This document shows positions 52,090-61,689 of a stretch of 64,000 nt of DNA, piece by piece. The stretch's first letter is position 1; each line of letters begins with the position of its first letter. A program made the translations under genes and the position numbers. The stretch lies in contig JAGLYV010000084.1 of assembly GCA_023131975.1 (NCBI GenBank), forward strand, positions 1,065 through 65,064, in the 5' to 3' direction. A model generated the notes under the pieces. It saw only the letters and a program-made list of their open reading frames with translations. It had not been told where the DNA came from and did not search any database. This DNA comes from Candidatus Krumholzibacteriia bacterium. Lineage in GTDB: Bacteria > Krumholzibacteriota > Krumholzibacteriia > Krumholzibacteriales > Krumholzibacteriaceae.

Positions 52090-55000
52090 GTGATAATCAT
52101 GATTCGTATGAGGCATATGATGATAAATACGGTGGTGATGGCCCTGGTGCTCTGCGCGATGCTCGTGCCTGGCTTCACCTCCGCCCGCTGCGAAGGTGGG
52201 GAGAAGGGCACACCGACCCTTACCGGCGCAGGCATGGCGCTCGAAAAAGCCAGACTGCTGCCGCACGAGGCGAAGAACAAGGCCCTTCACAGTGCCGCTG
52301 CCTCTGTCGCGTCGATCCTTGACGCCGGTCTTCCCAAGGAGAGGCAGAGCGCCGCGTGGTTCCTCTCGGCAGAGATAAATTTCGCCCTGGGGCATTACGA
52401 AGATGCAGTCAGGGAGTATGGAAAGGCCGGGGACAAGGACAGGGAGAAGATCTACCGGGACGATGCTGCCGCTGCCCATATAATGGCGCTCGAAGCGTCC
52501 GGAAAGGACGAAGAGGCGGCCAGGGCCTGGAAGAAATGGTTCGACAGGTATTACGACAGTCCCCTGGTTCCCGAGGCGATGCTGGCCTGCGCGTGGAACG
52601 CGCTGAGGCGCGGCGATATCTCTGGAGCCTCGAAGGAACTCGACGATCTGGAATCGCGACATCAATGGATGGAGAGTGACCGACGCACCGTACTGGCACG
52701 GTCGCTGATACGCTACGGGGGTGGGGATCACGCCGGGGCGTTCACCGCACTTGAATCGCTTGAAGATTCGCCGGAGGTCATTTACCTGCGGGCCCTCTGC
52801 CGCGAGGCGGCAGGGGAGACCCTCAGGGCCGCAGCTGGATACCAGGAAGTGAGCGAGCGGTGGCCGCACTCACCCCTGCGGGATTCAGCGATGATCGCGA
52901 AGGCCGACATCTTTCTTCACGCCAGAGCTTATACGAGCGCGGCGGAGGAGATGGCCCGCGTCGTCAGAGAATCGCGTCGTGGGGACATTCGGCGTGAGGC
53001 ATCACTGCGCCAGGCCGTCGCGGTATTTCTCGATGGCGGGACCGAACGCGCGGTCGAGCTTCTTAAAGAAGTGACCGTTGCCTGTGCCGGCACCGAGGTC
53101 GCTGCCCGGGCCCAGTTCCTTCTGGGCGAGTCGCTCTTCGGAACGGGCGCCTACCAGGAGGCGATAGTAGAGTTTAACGGAGTGCTGTCCGAGTACTTCG
53201 AACACGATCTGGCCGCCCGTGCCCAGTACAGGATCGGCCAGTCCCTCGACGCCCTCGGTCGAGGTGCCGAGGCGACGAGCTCCTATCAGGCTGCGGTGGC
53301 GGGGTATCCGCTTTCGCCAGAATCCCCGGCGGCGGCATACCTTGCCGGAGTCGGGCTTCTCGACATGGGCAGTCCCCTGGTCGCCGCGCCGTATTTCCAG
53401 CTGGTGATCGACAGGTATGCACGTTCGGACAGCTCGGGCATGTTTATCTTCGCGACCGACGAGCACCAGGAACTTGTTGAGGCCTCGCTCTGTCTTCTCG
53501 AGTATTCGTACCACCGTGCCGGCGACCTTGGACAGTTGTCCGGGGCTCCGCACCTGATGCTTCAGAGGATGCCTCCGAGCGATTCGCCGTGGCGCGCTTA
53601 CTCGGTGCTGATCGACGCCGACGCACTTGCCTCGCAGGCCCGATATGACGAGGCCGAGGCGATGCTTACCGGGCTGATAGAGAAATTTTCATCGCACGCG
53701 GCAGTTGTCCCCGCGAGCAGGCTGCTCGCCTGGACGTATGCGCGCCAGGGCAGGGACGAACTGGCAATGAAGACCGAGGAGAGGATGCTGGCGCGTTACG
53801 CCTCAAGTGGCGACGACGAGTACCTCGGCTCGGCTTATTTCAACAAGGCGAACATACTGTTCAACAGGAAGGAATACGGGGAAGCGGCCGAGTCTTACGA
53901 CGATTTTCTCAGGCGGTTCCCCGAGAACGATAAACATTTCCAGGCGCTGTACAGGGCAGGACTCTGCTACCAGCGGCTCGATCACAATGGCGACGCAGTC
54001 GACCGCTGGGAGGCGCTCGTTGCTGAGGACTCGACCAGTACGCTGGCCGAGAAGGCACTGGTACGCGCCGGCGACATGTATTTCCGGGCCGGCCACTACG
54101 AGGATGCCAGGCGCTGCTACGGCGCGCTTCTTCAGCGTTTCATCTCGAGCGACAAGGCTCCTCTGGCGATGCTCCGGCTCGCGCAGAGCGAATACAACTC
54201 GGGCGGAGACGAAGAGGCGCTGACCCTCTATTCAAAGGTCATAGAGCGTTTCCCCGACAGTTACGCGGAGCGTGAGGCGGAACGCGGGATAGAGCAGGCG
54301 CTCTACCGCCTCGGCCAGCGGGACGACGGGACCGAGGTCCTCGTCAGGCTCGTCGAGCAGCATGGGACGAGCCCATTCGCCGCCGATGCCCAGTTCGAGA
54401 TCGCCATGCGCAGTTACAAGGTCGAAGATTATGAGGAGTCGGCCGAACAGTTCAGGAGGGTGACGAGCCAGTTCCCCGCATATTCAGCTGCCGACAGGGC
54501 TCATTACCTGATGGCCGAGTCGTACCGCAAGGCGGGAAAGACGAGGGAATCGAGGCTCGCATGCGAGCAGTTCGTCAACTTCTTTCCTCATAGCGAGTTC
54601 AGGCCGACCGTCCATTTCCGCCTCGGTTCTCTTAGGTTCGAGGAAGGCAAGTATATGCAGGCCGCCGTGGATTTCACCGGCGTTCTCGACGAGGGAGCAC
54701 CAGACGAGATCATGGCTGCCGCGCTGTACAACCTTGCCCTCTGCAGGAGAATGCTCGGCGAGACCGCGGCCGCTACGGAGAACCTCGAGAAGTACCGCGA
54801 GACCTATCCGTCTGGCAACGGCCGTACTGCGGACGTCGCCTACCAGTTAGGAGACATCCACGAGGAGCAGGGCAGGCCGGAGAAAGCGATCAAGGAGTTC
54901 GAGCGTGCCCTCTCGGCAAAACCGCCAAAACCGATGTCGATAGAACTTCGCTACCACATAGGTGTGTGCAGGGAGGAACTGGGCGAGGACGCTGCCGCGA

Positions 55001-55212
55001 TCGCTGTCTACGAGAAGGCGATCAGTCGGGGCGGGAAGAACGACCCGTTCAGGCTTCTCGCGCTGGCCAGATGCGCCGGCCTCTACGAGGATAAAGAATC
55101 GTGGGACAGGGCGATAACAATATACAAGGATCTTATAAGGAATTCGCAGGACGAAGAGCTGGTGCTGGCCGCAGGCGAGCGTGTCGCCCAGCTCGAAGCC
55201 ATCGCCAGGTGA
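52090..55212 (+). CDS. large tetratricopeptide-repeat protein (secreted/periplasmic)
   Basis: N-terminal hydrophobic signal region, then about 1,000 aa of TPR-like helical repeats. Confidence 0.75.
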   Translation: MIIMIRMRHMMINTVVMALVLCAMLVPGFTSARCEGGEKGTPTLTGAGMALEKARLLPHEAKNKALHSAAASVASILDAGLPKERQSAAWFLSAEINFALGHYEDAVREYGKAGDKDREKIYRDDAAAAHIMALEASGKDEEAARAWKKWFDRYYDSPLVPEAMLACAWNALRRGDISGASKELDDLESRHQWMESDRRTVLARSLIRYGGGDHAGAFTALESLEDSPEVIYLRALCREAAGETLRAAAGYQEVSERWPHSPLRDSAMIAKADIFLHARAYTSAAEEMARVVRESRRGDIRREASLRQAVAVFLDGGTERAVELLKEVTVACAGTEVAARAQFLLGESLFGTGAYQEAIVEFNGVLSEYFEHDLAARAQYRIGQSLDALGRGAEATSSYQAAVAGYPLSPESPAAAYLAGVGLLDMGSPLVAAPYFQLVIDRYARSDSSGMFIFATDEHQELVEASLCLLEYSYHRAGDLGQLSGAPHLMLQRMPPSDSPWRAYSVLIDADALASQARYDEAEAMLTGLIEKFSSHAAVVPASRLLAWTYARQGRDELAMKTEERMLARYASSGDDEYLGSAYFNKANILFNRKEYGEAAESYDDFLRRFPENDKHFQALYRAGLCYQRLDHNGDAVDRWEALVAEDSTSTLAEKALVRAGDMYFRAGHYEDARRCYGALLQRFISSDKAPLAMLRLAQSEYNSGGDEEALTLYSKVIERFPDSYAEREAERGIEQALYRLGQRDDGTEVLVRLVEQHGTSPFAADAQFEIAMRSYKVEDYEESAEQFRRVTSQFPAYSAADRAHYLMAESYRKAGKTRESRLACEQFVNFFPHSEFRPTVHFRLGSLRFEEGKYMQAAVDFTGVLDEGAPDEIMAAALYNLALCRRMLGETAAATENLEKYRETYPSGNGRTADVAYQLGDIHEEQGRPEKAIKEFERALSAKPPKPMSIELRYHIGVCREELGEDAAAIAVYEKAISRGGKNDPFRLLALARCAGLYEDKESWDRAITIYKDLIRNSQDEELVLAAGERVAQLEAIAR

Positions 55213-55246
55213 CTCACCGGCGATCACGTAGAAGGAGAGTGTGAAG

Positions 55247-55969
55247 ATGAATGTAGATATCAACTGGCTGGGAGTCATAACCAGCAGCCCGATCTTCCTC
55301 GTACTCATAGGTATGAGCGTGGTTACGCTTGCGGTGGCCATCGAGAGGGTCTACTACTTCTCGAGGCGGAAGGACCGGGCTGACGAGACCCTCGACCGCG
55401 CAGTGCGAGAGATAAGACGCGGAGACCGCGACGAGGCGAGACGGATATGCCGATCGTGCAAGCATCCTGTCGGAGCCGTTGCCTGTTCGATCATCGACAG
55501 CGAGGGGCTTGATGGCGAGAAGGCCGAGGAACAGTTGCAGATTTCGCTGAGCCAGCAGAGTCTGTTGCTGGAGAATAATCTCGGGCTACTCGGAACAATG
55601 GCCGCCGTGGCCCCTCTTATCGGGCTACTTGGAACGGTATGGGGGATCATGCGGGCTTTCCGCGACATGTCGGCCATCGGGTCGGCCGCGCCTTCGATCG
55701 TGGCGGCCGGCGTCGCCGAGGCCCTGACCACAACGGCGGCGGGACTGATAATCGCCGTGCCCGCACTGATGTTGTACAACCACCTGACGAGGAAGATCCA
55801 CGTCATGCTGACGGTCGCCGAGAACAACACCCGTTCGCTCCGTCTTGAGCTGGAGAAGGCGCCGTCGAAAAAGGTCGGCGCGGACAACCGGGATAAGATC
55901 TACGGAGAGCCCGACAGCGCGGTCATTGGACGTATCGCCGAAGAACTGGAGACGGTAACTGCCGAATAA
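55247..55969 (+). CDS. exbB: MotA/TolQ/ExbB proton-channel family protein
   Basis: Three TM helices and the conserved C-terminal channel region; SD GAAGGAGAG; an alternative GTG at 55241. Confidence 0.8.
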   Translation: MNVDINWLGVITSSPIFLVLIGMSVVTLAVAIERVYYFSRRKDRADETLDRAVREIRRGDRDEARRICRSCKHPVGAVACSIIDSEGLDGEKAEEQLQISLSQQSLLLENNLGLLGTMAAVAPLIGLLGTVWGIMRAFRDMSAIGSAAPSIVAAGVAEALTTTAAGLIIAVPALMLYNHLTRKIHVMLTVAENNTRSLRLELEKAPSKKVGADNRDKIYGEPDSAVIGRIAEELETVTAE

Positions 55970-55979
55970 GGAGAATGCC

Positions 55980-56390
55980 ATGTTGTCGAGCAAATCGCCG
56001 AAAAGTAGCGGCGGAATACACGAGATAAATATGACGCCACTGATCGACGTCTCTCTCGTGCTGGTCGTCATGCTTCTCCTGCTCACTCCTCTCGCCTTCG
56101 AGTCGAGTATAGCGATACGCAAGGCCGCCGCCAGCGCGAAGGCTTCGGAGAAGAAACTGAAGGAGGAGCGCATCGAGTTGAGTGTCGTATCGGAGGACAG
56201 CCTCCTCGTGAACCGGGTCATGGTGCCGAGGCGCGGGTTGTCCGTGATGCTCGGGCCGATGCTCGAGGGAAGAACCGATCGCCGGGTCGTCATAGAATGT
56301 CGTAACGGGGTCACGCACGGGGTATTTGTAGACGTCCTTGACCAGGTAAAAATATGCGGGGCCGGCGAGATAGCCGTGCTGGGGAGGTAG
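55980..56390 (+). CDS. exbD: biopolymer transport protein ExbD/TolR
   Basis: INMTPLIDVSLVLVVMLLL single TM ExbD signature. Confidence 0.8.
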   Translation: MLSSKSPKSSGGIHEINMTPLIDVSLVLVVMLLLLTPLAFESSIAIRKAAASAKASEKKLKEERIELSVVSEDSLLVNRVMVPRRGLSVMLGPMLEGRTDRRVVIECRNGVTHGVFVDVLDQVKICGAGEIAVLGR

Positions 56391-56397
56391 AAGAGTC

Positions 56398-56826
56398 ATG
56401 AAACGAACGAGACGCGGCAGTAGAATGCCGCCTAGAGCGACGATAAACGTCACGCCGATAATAGATGTGGCGCTCGTACTCGTGATCATACTGCTGATTA
56501 CCGCGCCCATGCTGGCCCTGGCTGACATTGACGTCACCCTGCCGGCCGCGGTGTCGCGGGGGAGCGAAGATGATGTAAAAATCAATATCACGCTGAGCAA
56601 AGCGGGAGAACTGGCGATAAACGAGAATACAATCCGGAGAGGCGACTTTGGCTCGTTGCTACGGTCGCTGCTGTCGGATTCCGACAACAAGGATGTTCTC
56701 GTAGTGCTCCGCGCCGACATGGAAGTGCCATACTCGTCGATCAAGTCGATACTTGGCGAGGCGCGGGCCGCCGGAGCGAACAGACTGGCTATCGCGACAC
56801 TCCAGAAAGGCGGGTGCGGGAGATGA
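56398..56826 (+). CDS. exbD: biopolymer transport protein ExbD/TolR (second copy)
   Basis: INVTPIIDVALVLVIILLI signature. Confidence 0.8.
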   Translation: MKRTRRGSRMPPRATINVTPIIDVALVLVIILLITAPMLALADIDVTLPAAVSRGSEDDVKINITLSKAGELAINENTIRRGDFGSLLRSLLSDSDNKDVLVVLRADMEVPYSSIKSILGEARAAGANRLAIATLQKGGCGR

Positions 56827-57749
56827 ATGCTTACGCACTGAGCATCGAACTGGAGAAACAGCAGTCGAGGACGAGGAAGATCGCTGGTATCAGTCTGTTG
56901 ATACACGCCCTGCTTGCTCTACTCCTGTTGCTTCACCGGGCGATTGTGCCGGAGGCGATGGCCTTGACTGAGATAAGCTGGATAGAGCCCGAACCAGTCG
57001 TTCCCGTTGCGGCCGCTGCCGTAGTGAAGACGCGGCGCCCGGTCCGGCGGACTCTTCCGTTCCCGAAGCAGCAGGCCGAGCACTTCGTCAGAAAGACGGA
57101 GAAGAGCGATTTCGCGCCGCAGCCTCAGAGGGACAGGGCTGTCAAGGACCGTCTGGATCGCAAGTTTGCGTCGCTTGAGCAGACCACGCAGCGTGACCGC
57201 CCGAAGATAGCCTCGCTCGCGGCCTCGAACATATCACACAGGCCGGCGCTTGCTGCCGTGCCGGATAGAACGGAGAACAGGAGTGGGGCAATAGACCTGG
57301 AGCGCACCGACAGGCCCGTCGCGAGTCCCGTTCAACTGGCCAGGAGCGAGAAGCGCCCATCTACGGCTCCGATGAAACTCAGTACGATCCCGGAGAAGAC
57401 CGTCAAACCGGCGACCGTGGCGAGGGCCGATTCGACGGCGCGCAGAATGATAGACGGGATGAGTCTTGTCGGACCGGTCGCCGACAGGATGCTGGTAAAA
57501 TACGGCAGGCCCGGATATCCCGACTGGGCCAAGCGCGAGGGCATAGAGGGTTCTGTGGACCTGTACTTCATCGTCCTGCCCAGCGGCAGGGTGAAGGAGA
57601 ATGTACTCGTTCAGAAGACATCGGGGTTCGAGGATTTTGATAAAAACGCGATCGACGCTCTTCTTGCCTGGGAGTTCGAGCTGCTGGGAGGCGGCAGGAC
57701 CGGCGAGCAGTGGGGAGCGATCACCTTCGATTATCGGCTCAGTGATTGA
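56814..57749 (+). CDS. tonB: energy transducer TonB-family protein
   Basis: N-terminal TM anchor, Pro/Ala-rich linker, C-terminal TonB domain (YPDWAKREGIEGSVDLYFIVLPSGRV). Confidence 0.75.
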   Translation: MREMNAYALSIELEKQQSRTRKIAGISLLIHALLALLLLLHRAIVPEAMALTEISWIEPEPVVPVAAAAVVKTRRPVRRTLPFPKQQAEHFVRKTEKSDFAPQPQRDRAVKDRLDRKFASLEQTTQRDRPKIASLAASNISHRPALAAVPDRTENRSGAIDLERTDRPVASPVQLARSEKRPSTAPMKLSTIPEKTVKPATVARADSTARRMIDGMSLVGPVADRMLVKYGRPGYPDWAKREGIEGSVDLYFIVLPSGRVKENVLVQKTSGFEDFDKNAIDALLAWEFELLGGGRTGEQWGAITFDYRLSD

Positions 57750-57782
57750 TGGGCCGACGAAGAAACGAGGGAGTGGACCGAA

Positions 57783-58742
57783 ATGAGATACTTGAAGAAG
57801 AAGTTTGTCGTACTGTCGGCGTTCATCGCCACTTCGGCGGTCCTTCTTGCCGTTCCGGGCGCCGGGGTGGTGGGGGCCGAGCCGGACAGTGCCATGGTCA
57901 TCGAAGGTGGAAGCGAAGGAAAGGTCTTCAGAAAGATGACGATCGAGGGCGAGGACAGGTTCAGGATAGATTTCGAGCGCCCCGTCCTGCGGATCCACCT
58001 CGACCCCGCCGAAGCGTCGGGCCTCGACTGGGACAATACATGGGATGTGCTCGCCGAGGGCGATATCGACCTTCGTATTCCCCTCGCGGTGCTTTCTGCC
58101 GCCTGGTCTTCGCCGTACCTGCCGTGTCCCTGGCTCGACGAGTACGCGAGTGGGGAGATCGTGCGGTTTCAACCTTCGCTGACCGGTGTCGAGCGCTGGA
58201 AACTGATCATAGCCGATTCGAGAAGCGGAGAAGTCAGATCTTTCGATGGTAAAGGCAACCCTCCCGACAGGATCGGATGGGACGGTCTTTCGGAAGACGG
58301 AACGCCGATGCCGCCGGGGTATACTTATTCCTATGTCGTAGAAGCCTGGGACCGGGCGGGAAACAAGCGTAATTTTGTCGGTAAGGGGTTCAGCCTTCCC
58401 GCGTACCGGGTGACAACCGGCGAAGGGATGGTCTTTCTCTTTACCGGGGGTGAGCTGGATCTCCGCACCGCGTCGCGCGGTTCCGCCATCAGGACGCCGG
58501 TCTCCGTGCTGCTCGAGGCGGCGAGCAGGATCAACCAGGAAAGCGTATCGGACAGGAAGGTCCGGGTGGTGGTGACGGCGAGGACATACGATCAGGCCGG
58601 CGGAATGGCTGAGGAGGTCGTGCGGTCGCTGGCCACCCTGTTGATCGGCAGCCCGGCACGCATACAGCATGTCGCCGACGTCAGGGCCGATGCTCCCGAA
58701 GAGGGAACGGTCGTGGTCATTCTCGAGAAGCCGGAGAAGTAG
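57783..58742 (+). CDS. secreted hypothetical protein with FlgD-Ig-like module
   Basis: Signal peptide; WDGLSEDGTPMPPGYTYSYVVEAWDRAGN Ig-like motif; no other recognisable domain. Confidence 0.5.
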   Translation: MRYLKKKFVVLSAFIATSAVLLAVPGAGVVGAEPDSAMVIEGGSEGKVFRKMTIEGEDRFRIDFERPVLRIHLDPAEASGLDWDNTWDVLAEGDIDLRIPLAVLSAAWSSPYLPCPWLDEYASGEIVRFQPSLTGVERWKLIIADSRSGEVRSFDGKGNPPDRIGWDGLSEDGTPMPPGYTYSYVVEAWDRAGNKRNFVGKGFSLPAYRVTTGEGMVFLFTGGELDLRTASRGSAIRTPVSVLLEAASRINQESVSDRKVRVVVTARTYDQAGGMAEEVVRSLATLLIGSPARIQHVADVRADAPEEGTVVVILEKPEK

Positions 58743-58821
58743 ATACAGGCCCCGTTCACGGGTCGGAGAGCGGAGAGTCTTCCGAGTCGTTTGTTTCAAC
58801 GGGATGATATTCATTGACAAA

Positions 58822-58848
58822 GGGCCGTCTCGAGAGATCGGCCCTTTT
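58822..58848 (+). terminator. rho-independent terminator closing the tonB cluster
   Basis: GGGCCG-TCTCGAGAGAT-CGGCCC followed by TTTT. Confidence 0.6.
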
Positions 58849-59306
58849 ACAACAATGCTCATTAATATTGAGCCAAACATGGATACATATGTACCCGGGG
58901 AAGCGCAAGCCCTTCCTTGTCGCCGCTCTACCGTAGCAAAAACGCTACTATACAGGGCCTGTACCGTAGCACTTTTGCTGCGGTATCCGATCGTGCGGGT
59001 GAGAGGCCTGGTTGAAGAAAGCGGCAAACACCGTTGTTACTCGAAGACCGCGTTCGCAAATGCAGCATTATGCTGACTTATCACGAACCGACTGCAAGGA
59101 TTCTTGCCGCCAACGGTGGTGGTAACTTTATTTGACACTTCACATTAAGTCAAAAGTAAGTAGTGAAAAAACGCTATTGTTGTGTTACAATCCTCCTTCC
59201 AGGAATCTAGGGGACCACATCAAGGGCATACAATCGGATTCTTAGAATGAAATGTTTGAATGTTATAAAGCTTCAGGTAGGCTAATTGTATGTTAGGCAT
59301 TTAGTT

Positions 59307-59945
59307 ATGGAAAATCTAGTAATACGAAAAGTGAAGGCATTAGATGGTCTGCATTATTCATTCGGGCTTATTGACCATTATTATGAGGAGTTATATCCAC
59401 TATGTTCTAAAATCAACACTGATAATAAGAAGGTTATCCCTACACTAGCAAGATGCTGGGGATTTGTGGATGCTCTCCACCGCGCCAGAGAGATCTCCCA
59501 AGCAATTCCTGGTCTTGGAGGCAAGAATCCTCACCTCAAATCTTTTCTGAAATCAACTGTTCTCGCGAAAGAATATCGTCATTATATTCAACACTTACGA
59601 AGAGAACTCAACAAGCAGCCTACAAATACTTTCCCAGTATGGGGTGTATTGTCTTGGATAGATGAATACGATGAAACGAAGAGCCACACAGCCTGGATTG
59701 GAGCAAGATTACCCGGAACAACTTATTCGGGGCATGTTTTCGACACAGTTAACAAAAAATGGGTATCCCGTGTAAGTCTCAGCATTGCTGAAAAGAGTTT
59801 TAATTTTGATCCTATTTATGAAGCAGTCCAACAATTTGAAGCCTTTGTTATTCCTTGGATTATTGAGAAAGCTGGAATAAAGATTAAGGTAACAAACGAA
59901 CTTCCCATTATAAGTATGAAGGCTGTTATAAATAAGGATTCCTAG
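59307..59945 (+). CDS. hypothetical protein (low-GC orphan, no recognisable domain)
   Basis: ORF about 212 aa; about 38% GC versus about 58% in flanking core genes; start uncertain (the track ORF begins at TTG 59286). Confidence 0.45.
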   Translation: MENLVIRKVKALDGLHYSFGLIDHYYEELYPLCSKINTDNKKVIPTLARCWGFVDALHRAREISQAIPGLGGKNPHLKSFLKSTVLAKEYRHYIQHLRRELNKQPTNTFPVWGVLSWIDEYDETKSHTAWIGARLPGTTYSGHVFDTVNKKWVSRVSLSIAEKSFNFDPIYEAVQQFEAFVIPWIIEKAGIKIKVTNELPIISMKAVINKDS

Positions 59946-59954
59946 CTGTCGATT

Positions 59955-60040
59955 GCAACCGTCGGAGTCTTGCCTGTTACGTTGGCTTCGGGGTAGCAGT
60001 CGCGCCAGGAAAGCCCGCGGCTGAATCGAAGATTGTTGGT
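59955..60040 (+). repeat. copy A of an ~86-bp conserved intergenic leader element
   Basis: About 75% identical to 62730-62816; shares the core ...GCAGTCGCGCCA(A)GG...TGAA.CGAAG.TTGTT.GGT. Confidence 0.5.
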
Positions 60041-60084
60041 AGCACTATCACCGCACGGTTGTTATCTAGAGGGGGGTTGGTACC

Positions 60085-61056
60085 ATGAGCGATTTTGGAG
60101 ATCTCGAACGGGTTGACCTTAGAGAGGCATGGGCGAATGAAGCTACCCAATTCACTCCGTGGGTCGCTGAGAACCTTGCTCTCCTTGGTGATGCGATCGG
60201 AATCTCTCTTGAGCTCGAGCAGACGGAAAAGCCCGTGGGGAGCTTTTCTGCAGACGTGCTTTGCAGGGACACCCTCACCTCGCGTCCGGTGCTGATCGAG
60301 AATCAGATCGAACGGACTGATCACACGCATTTGGGGCAGACGATTACCTACGCTGCTGGTATCGGCGCCTCGACGGTTGTATGGGTCGCTGCGCAATTCC
60401 GTGAAGAACATCGGGCTGCGCTTGACTGGCTGAACGAACACACTGACGAGGATCTAGCCTTCTTTGGACTTGAGATAGAGGTGTGGCGGATTGGTGCCTC
60501 GGCAATGGCACCGAAGTTTAACGTTGTGTGCAAGCCGAATGACTGGGCACGGCAGGTTCACGCCGCAGCGATAAACCCCGCTGCTTTCACGGAAACACAG
60601 AGTGCGCAGGTTGAGTTCTGGACAAAGTTCGTCGAGTTTACACATCAAAGGCAAAGCCCTCTCCGCTCGGGAACGCCCGGACCCTACAACTGGGTTGGTC
60701 ATCCTGTGGGGCGGAGTGGCTTCGTCCTCAACTCGGTCTGGTCTACGTACAACTCGGCGACAAATTCTTTCTGCGGCGAGATTCGGGAAGATCTTGTGCT
60801 CTCCACAACCAGTGCGAAGGAGAACTATGCAAGGCTTCTTGAGCGGAAGGATGAGGTCGAGACAGCCTTGCGTGAGCATGGTGTGACGGAGGAGATTCAC
60901 TGGTACAATCCAGAGAACGCACAGTTGTGCAGGGTGTATGTGCGGAGAGATGCCAATATCGAGAACCGCGACGACTGGGCGAATCAGGAGCGCTGGCTGC
61001 TTGACCGTGCCGAAGCTTTCCTAGCGGTCTTCGGTCCCGTCATTCGCAAACTTTGA
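60085..61056 (+). CDS. hypothetical protein, probable PD-(D/E)xK-like nuclease N-terminal domain with DUF4268-like C-terminal domain
   Basis: N-terminal SADVLC...VLIENQ...Y pattern compatible with a restriction-endonuclease-like fold; overall family assignment from memory, not verified; SD GAGGGGGG; GC about 55%. Confidence 0.55.
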   Translation: MSDFGDLERVDLREAWANEATQFTPWVAENLALLGDAIGISLELEQTEKPVGSFSADVLCRDTLTSRPVLIENQIERTDHTHLGQTITYAAGIGASTVVWVAAQFREEHRAALDWLNEHTDEDLAFFGLEIEVWRIGASAMAPKFNVVCKPNDWARQVHAAAINPAAFTETQSAQVEFWTKFVEFTHQRQSPLRSGTPGPYNWVGHPVGRSGFVLNSVWSTYNSATNSFCGEIREDLVLSTTSAKENYARLLERKDEVETALREHGVTEEIHWYNPENAQLCRVYVRRDANIENRDDWANQERWLLDRAEAFLAVFGPVIRKL

Positions 61057-61150
61057 GGCTGGCAGGGGAAGGTTCTAGCCCCGGCATCCAGCGGACTACG
61101 CTATGCTAGCCGCGAGGTACTACACTGAAGAAGCAAAAAAGGAAAAATCC

Positions 61151-61636
61151 ATGTACCAGGCAGGAACAACACTGAAGTTAAATTTTGGTTCATACTTTCA
61201 TTATGGAATAGCTGATGGAAATGGAAATGTCATTCATAATTCAAAGAAACGTGGAATGGTTACATCTGAGCCAGAGGCGGATTTTGCAGAAGGAGAAGTA
61301 ATACAAGTCAGCGATATTACCAGTGATAACCCGAACTTAGCAGTAATGATGGCAGAACGCTATTTAGGCATGCCCTATAACCTGATAAAAAGCAATTGTG
61401 AGCATTTTGTTCGTCTTGCACATGGGCTGGAAATTGAAAGTACGCAAATTCAACAGTACTTATTGATAGTTTTAGGAGCAGGGGCAGCCATTAAAAGTGA
61501 TGATGTGTTTGTTAAGTCAATTGGAGGAGCAGTTGTCTTGGCATCATTGCTCACCCCATCAGAAGAATGTCCTTTTAAGAATGCTACAATAGCCGGTCTT
61601 ATTGCGGCTGGTTTGGTGGTTTTTGCAAGAAACTAA
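61151..61636 (+). CDS. LRAT/PLAAT (H-rev107)-like NlpC/P60-superfamily acyltransferase/phospholipase with C-terminal membrane anchor
   Basis: YFHYGIADGNGNVIH (His-box, compare PLAAT YRHWAIYVGDGYVVH) and SNCEHFV catalytic Cys motif (compare NCEHFV); C-terminal hydrophobic helix; low GC about 40%; the track ORF starts at 61103 but the ATG at 61151 is preceded by an A/G-rich SD. Confidence 0.75.
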   Translation: MYQAGTTLKLNFGSYFHYGIADGNGNVIHNSKKRGMVTSEPEADFAEGEVIQVSDITSDNPNLAVMMAERYLGMPYNLIKSNCEHFVRLAHGLEIESTQIQQYLLIVLGAGAAIKSDDVFVKSIGGAVVLASLLTPSEECPFKNATIAGLIAAGLVVFARN

Positions 61637-61689
61637 AGCTTCAAACAATTCAAATGCACACAGATTTAGAAATGTGAGGACAATAGAAA

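Noticed and set aside
58743-59285. Search for a tRNA or integrase att site at the island boundary
   Set aside because: No tRNA-like T-loop (GTTCGA/GGTTCGAATCC) or cloverleaf was found. No integrase, transposase or recombinase ORF is present in the window.
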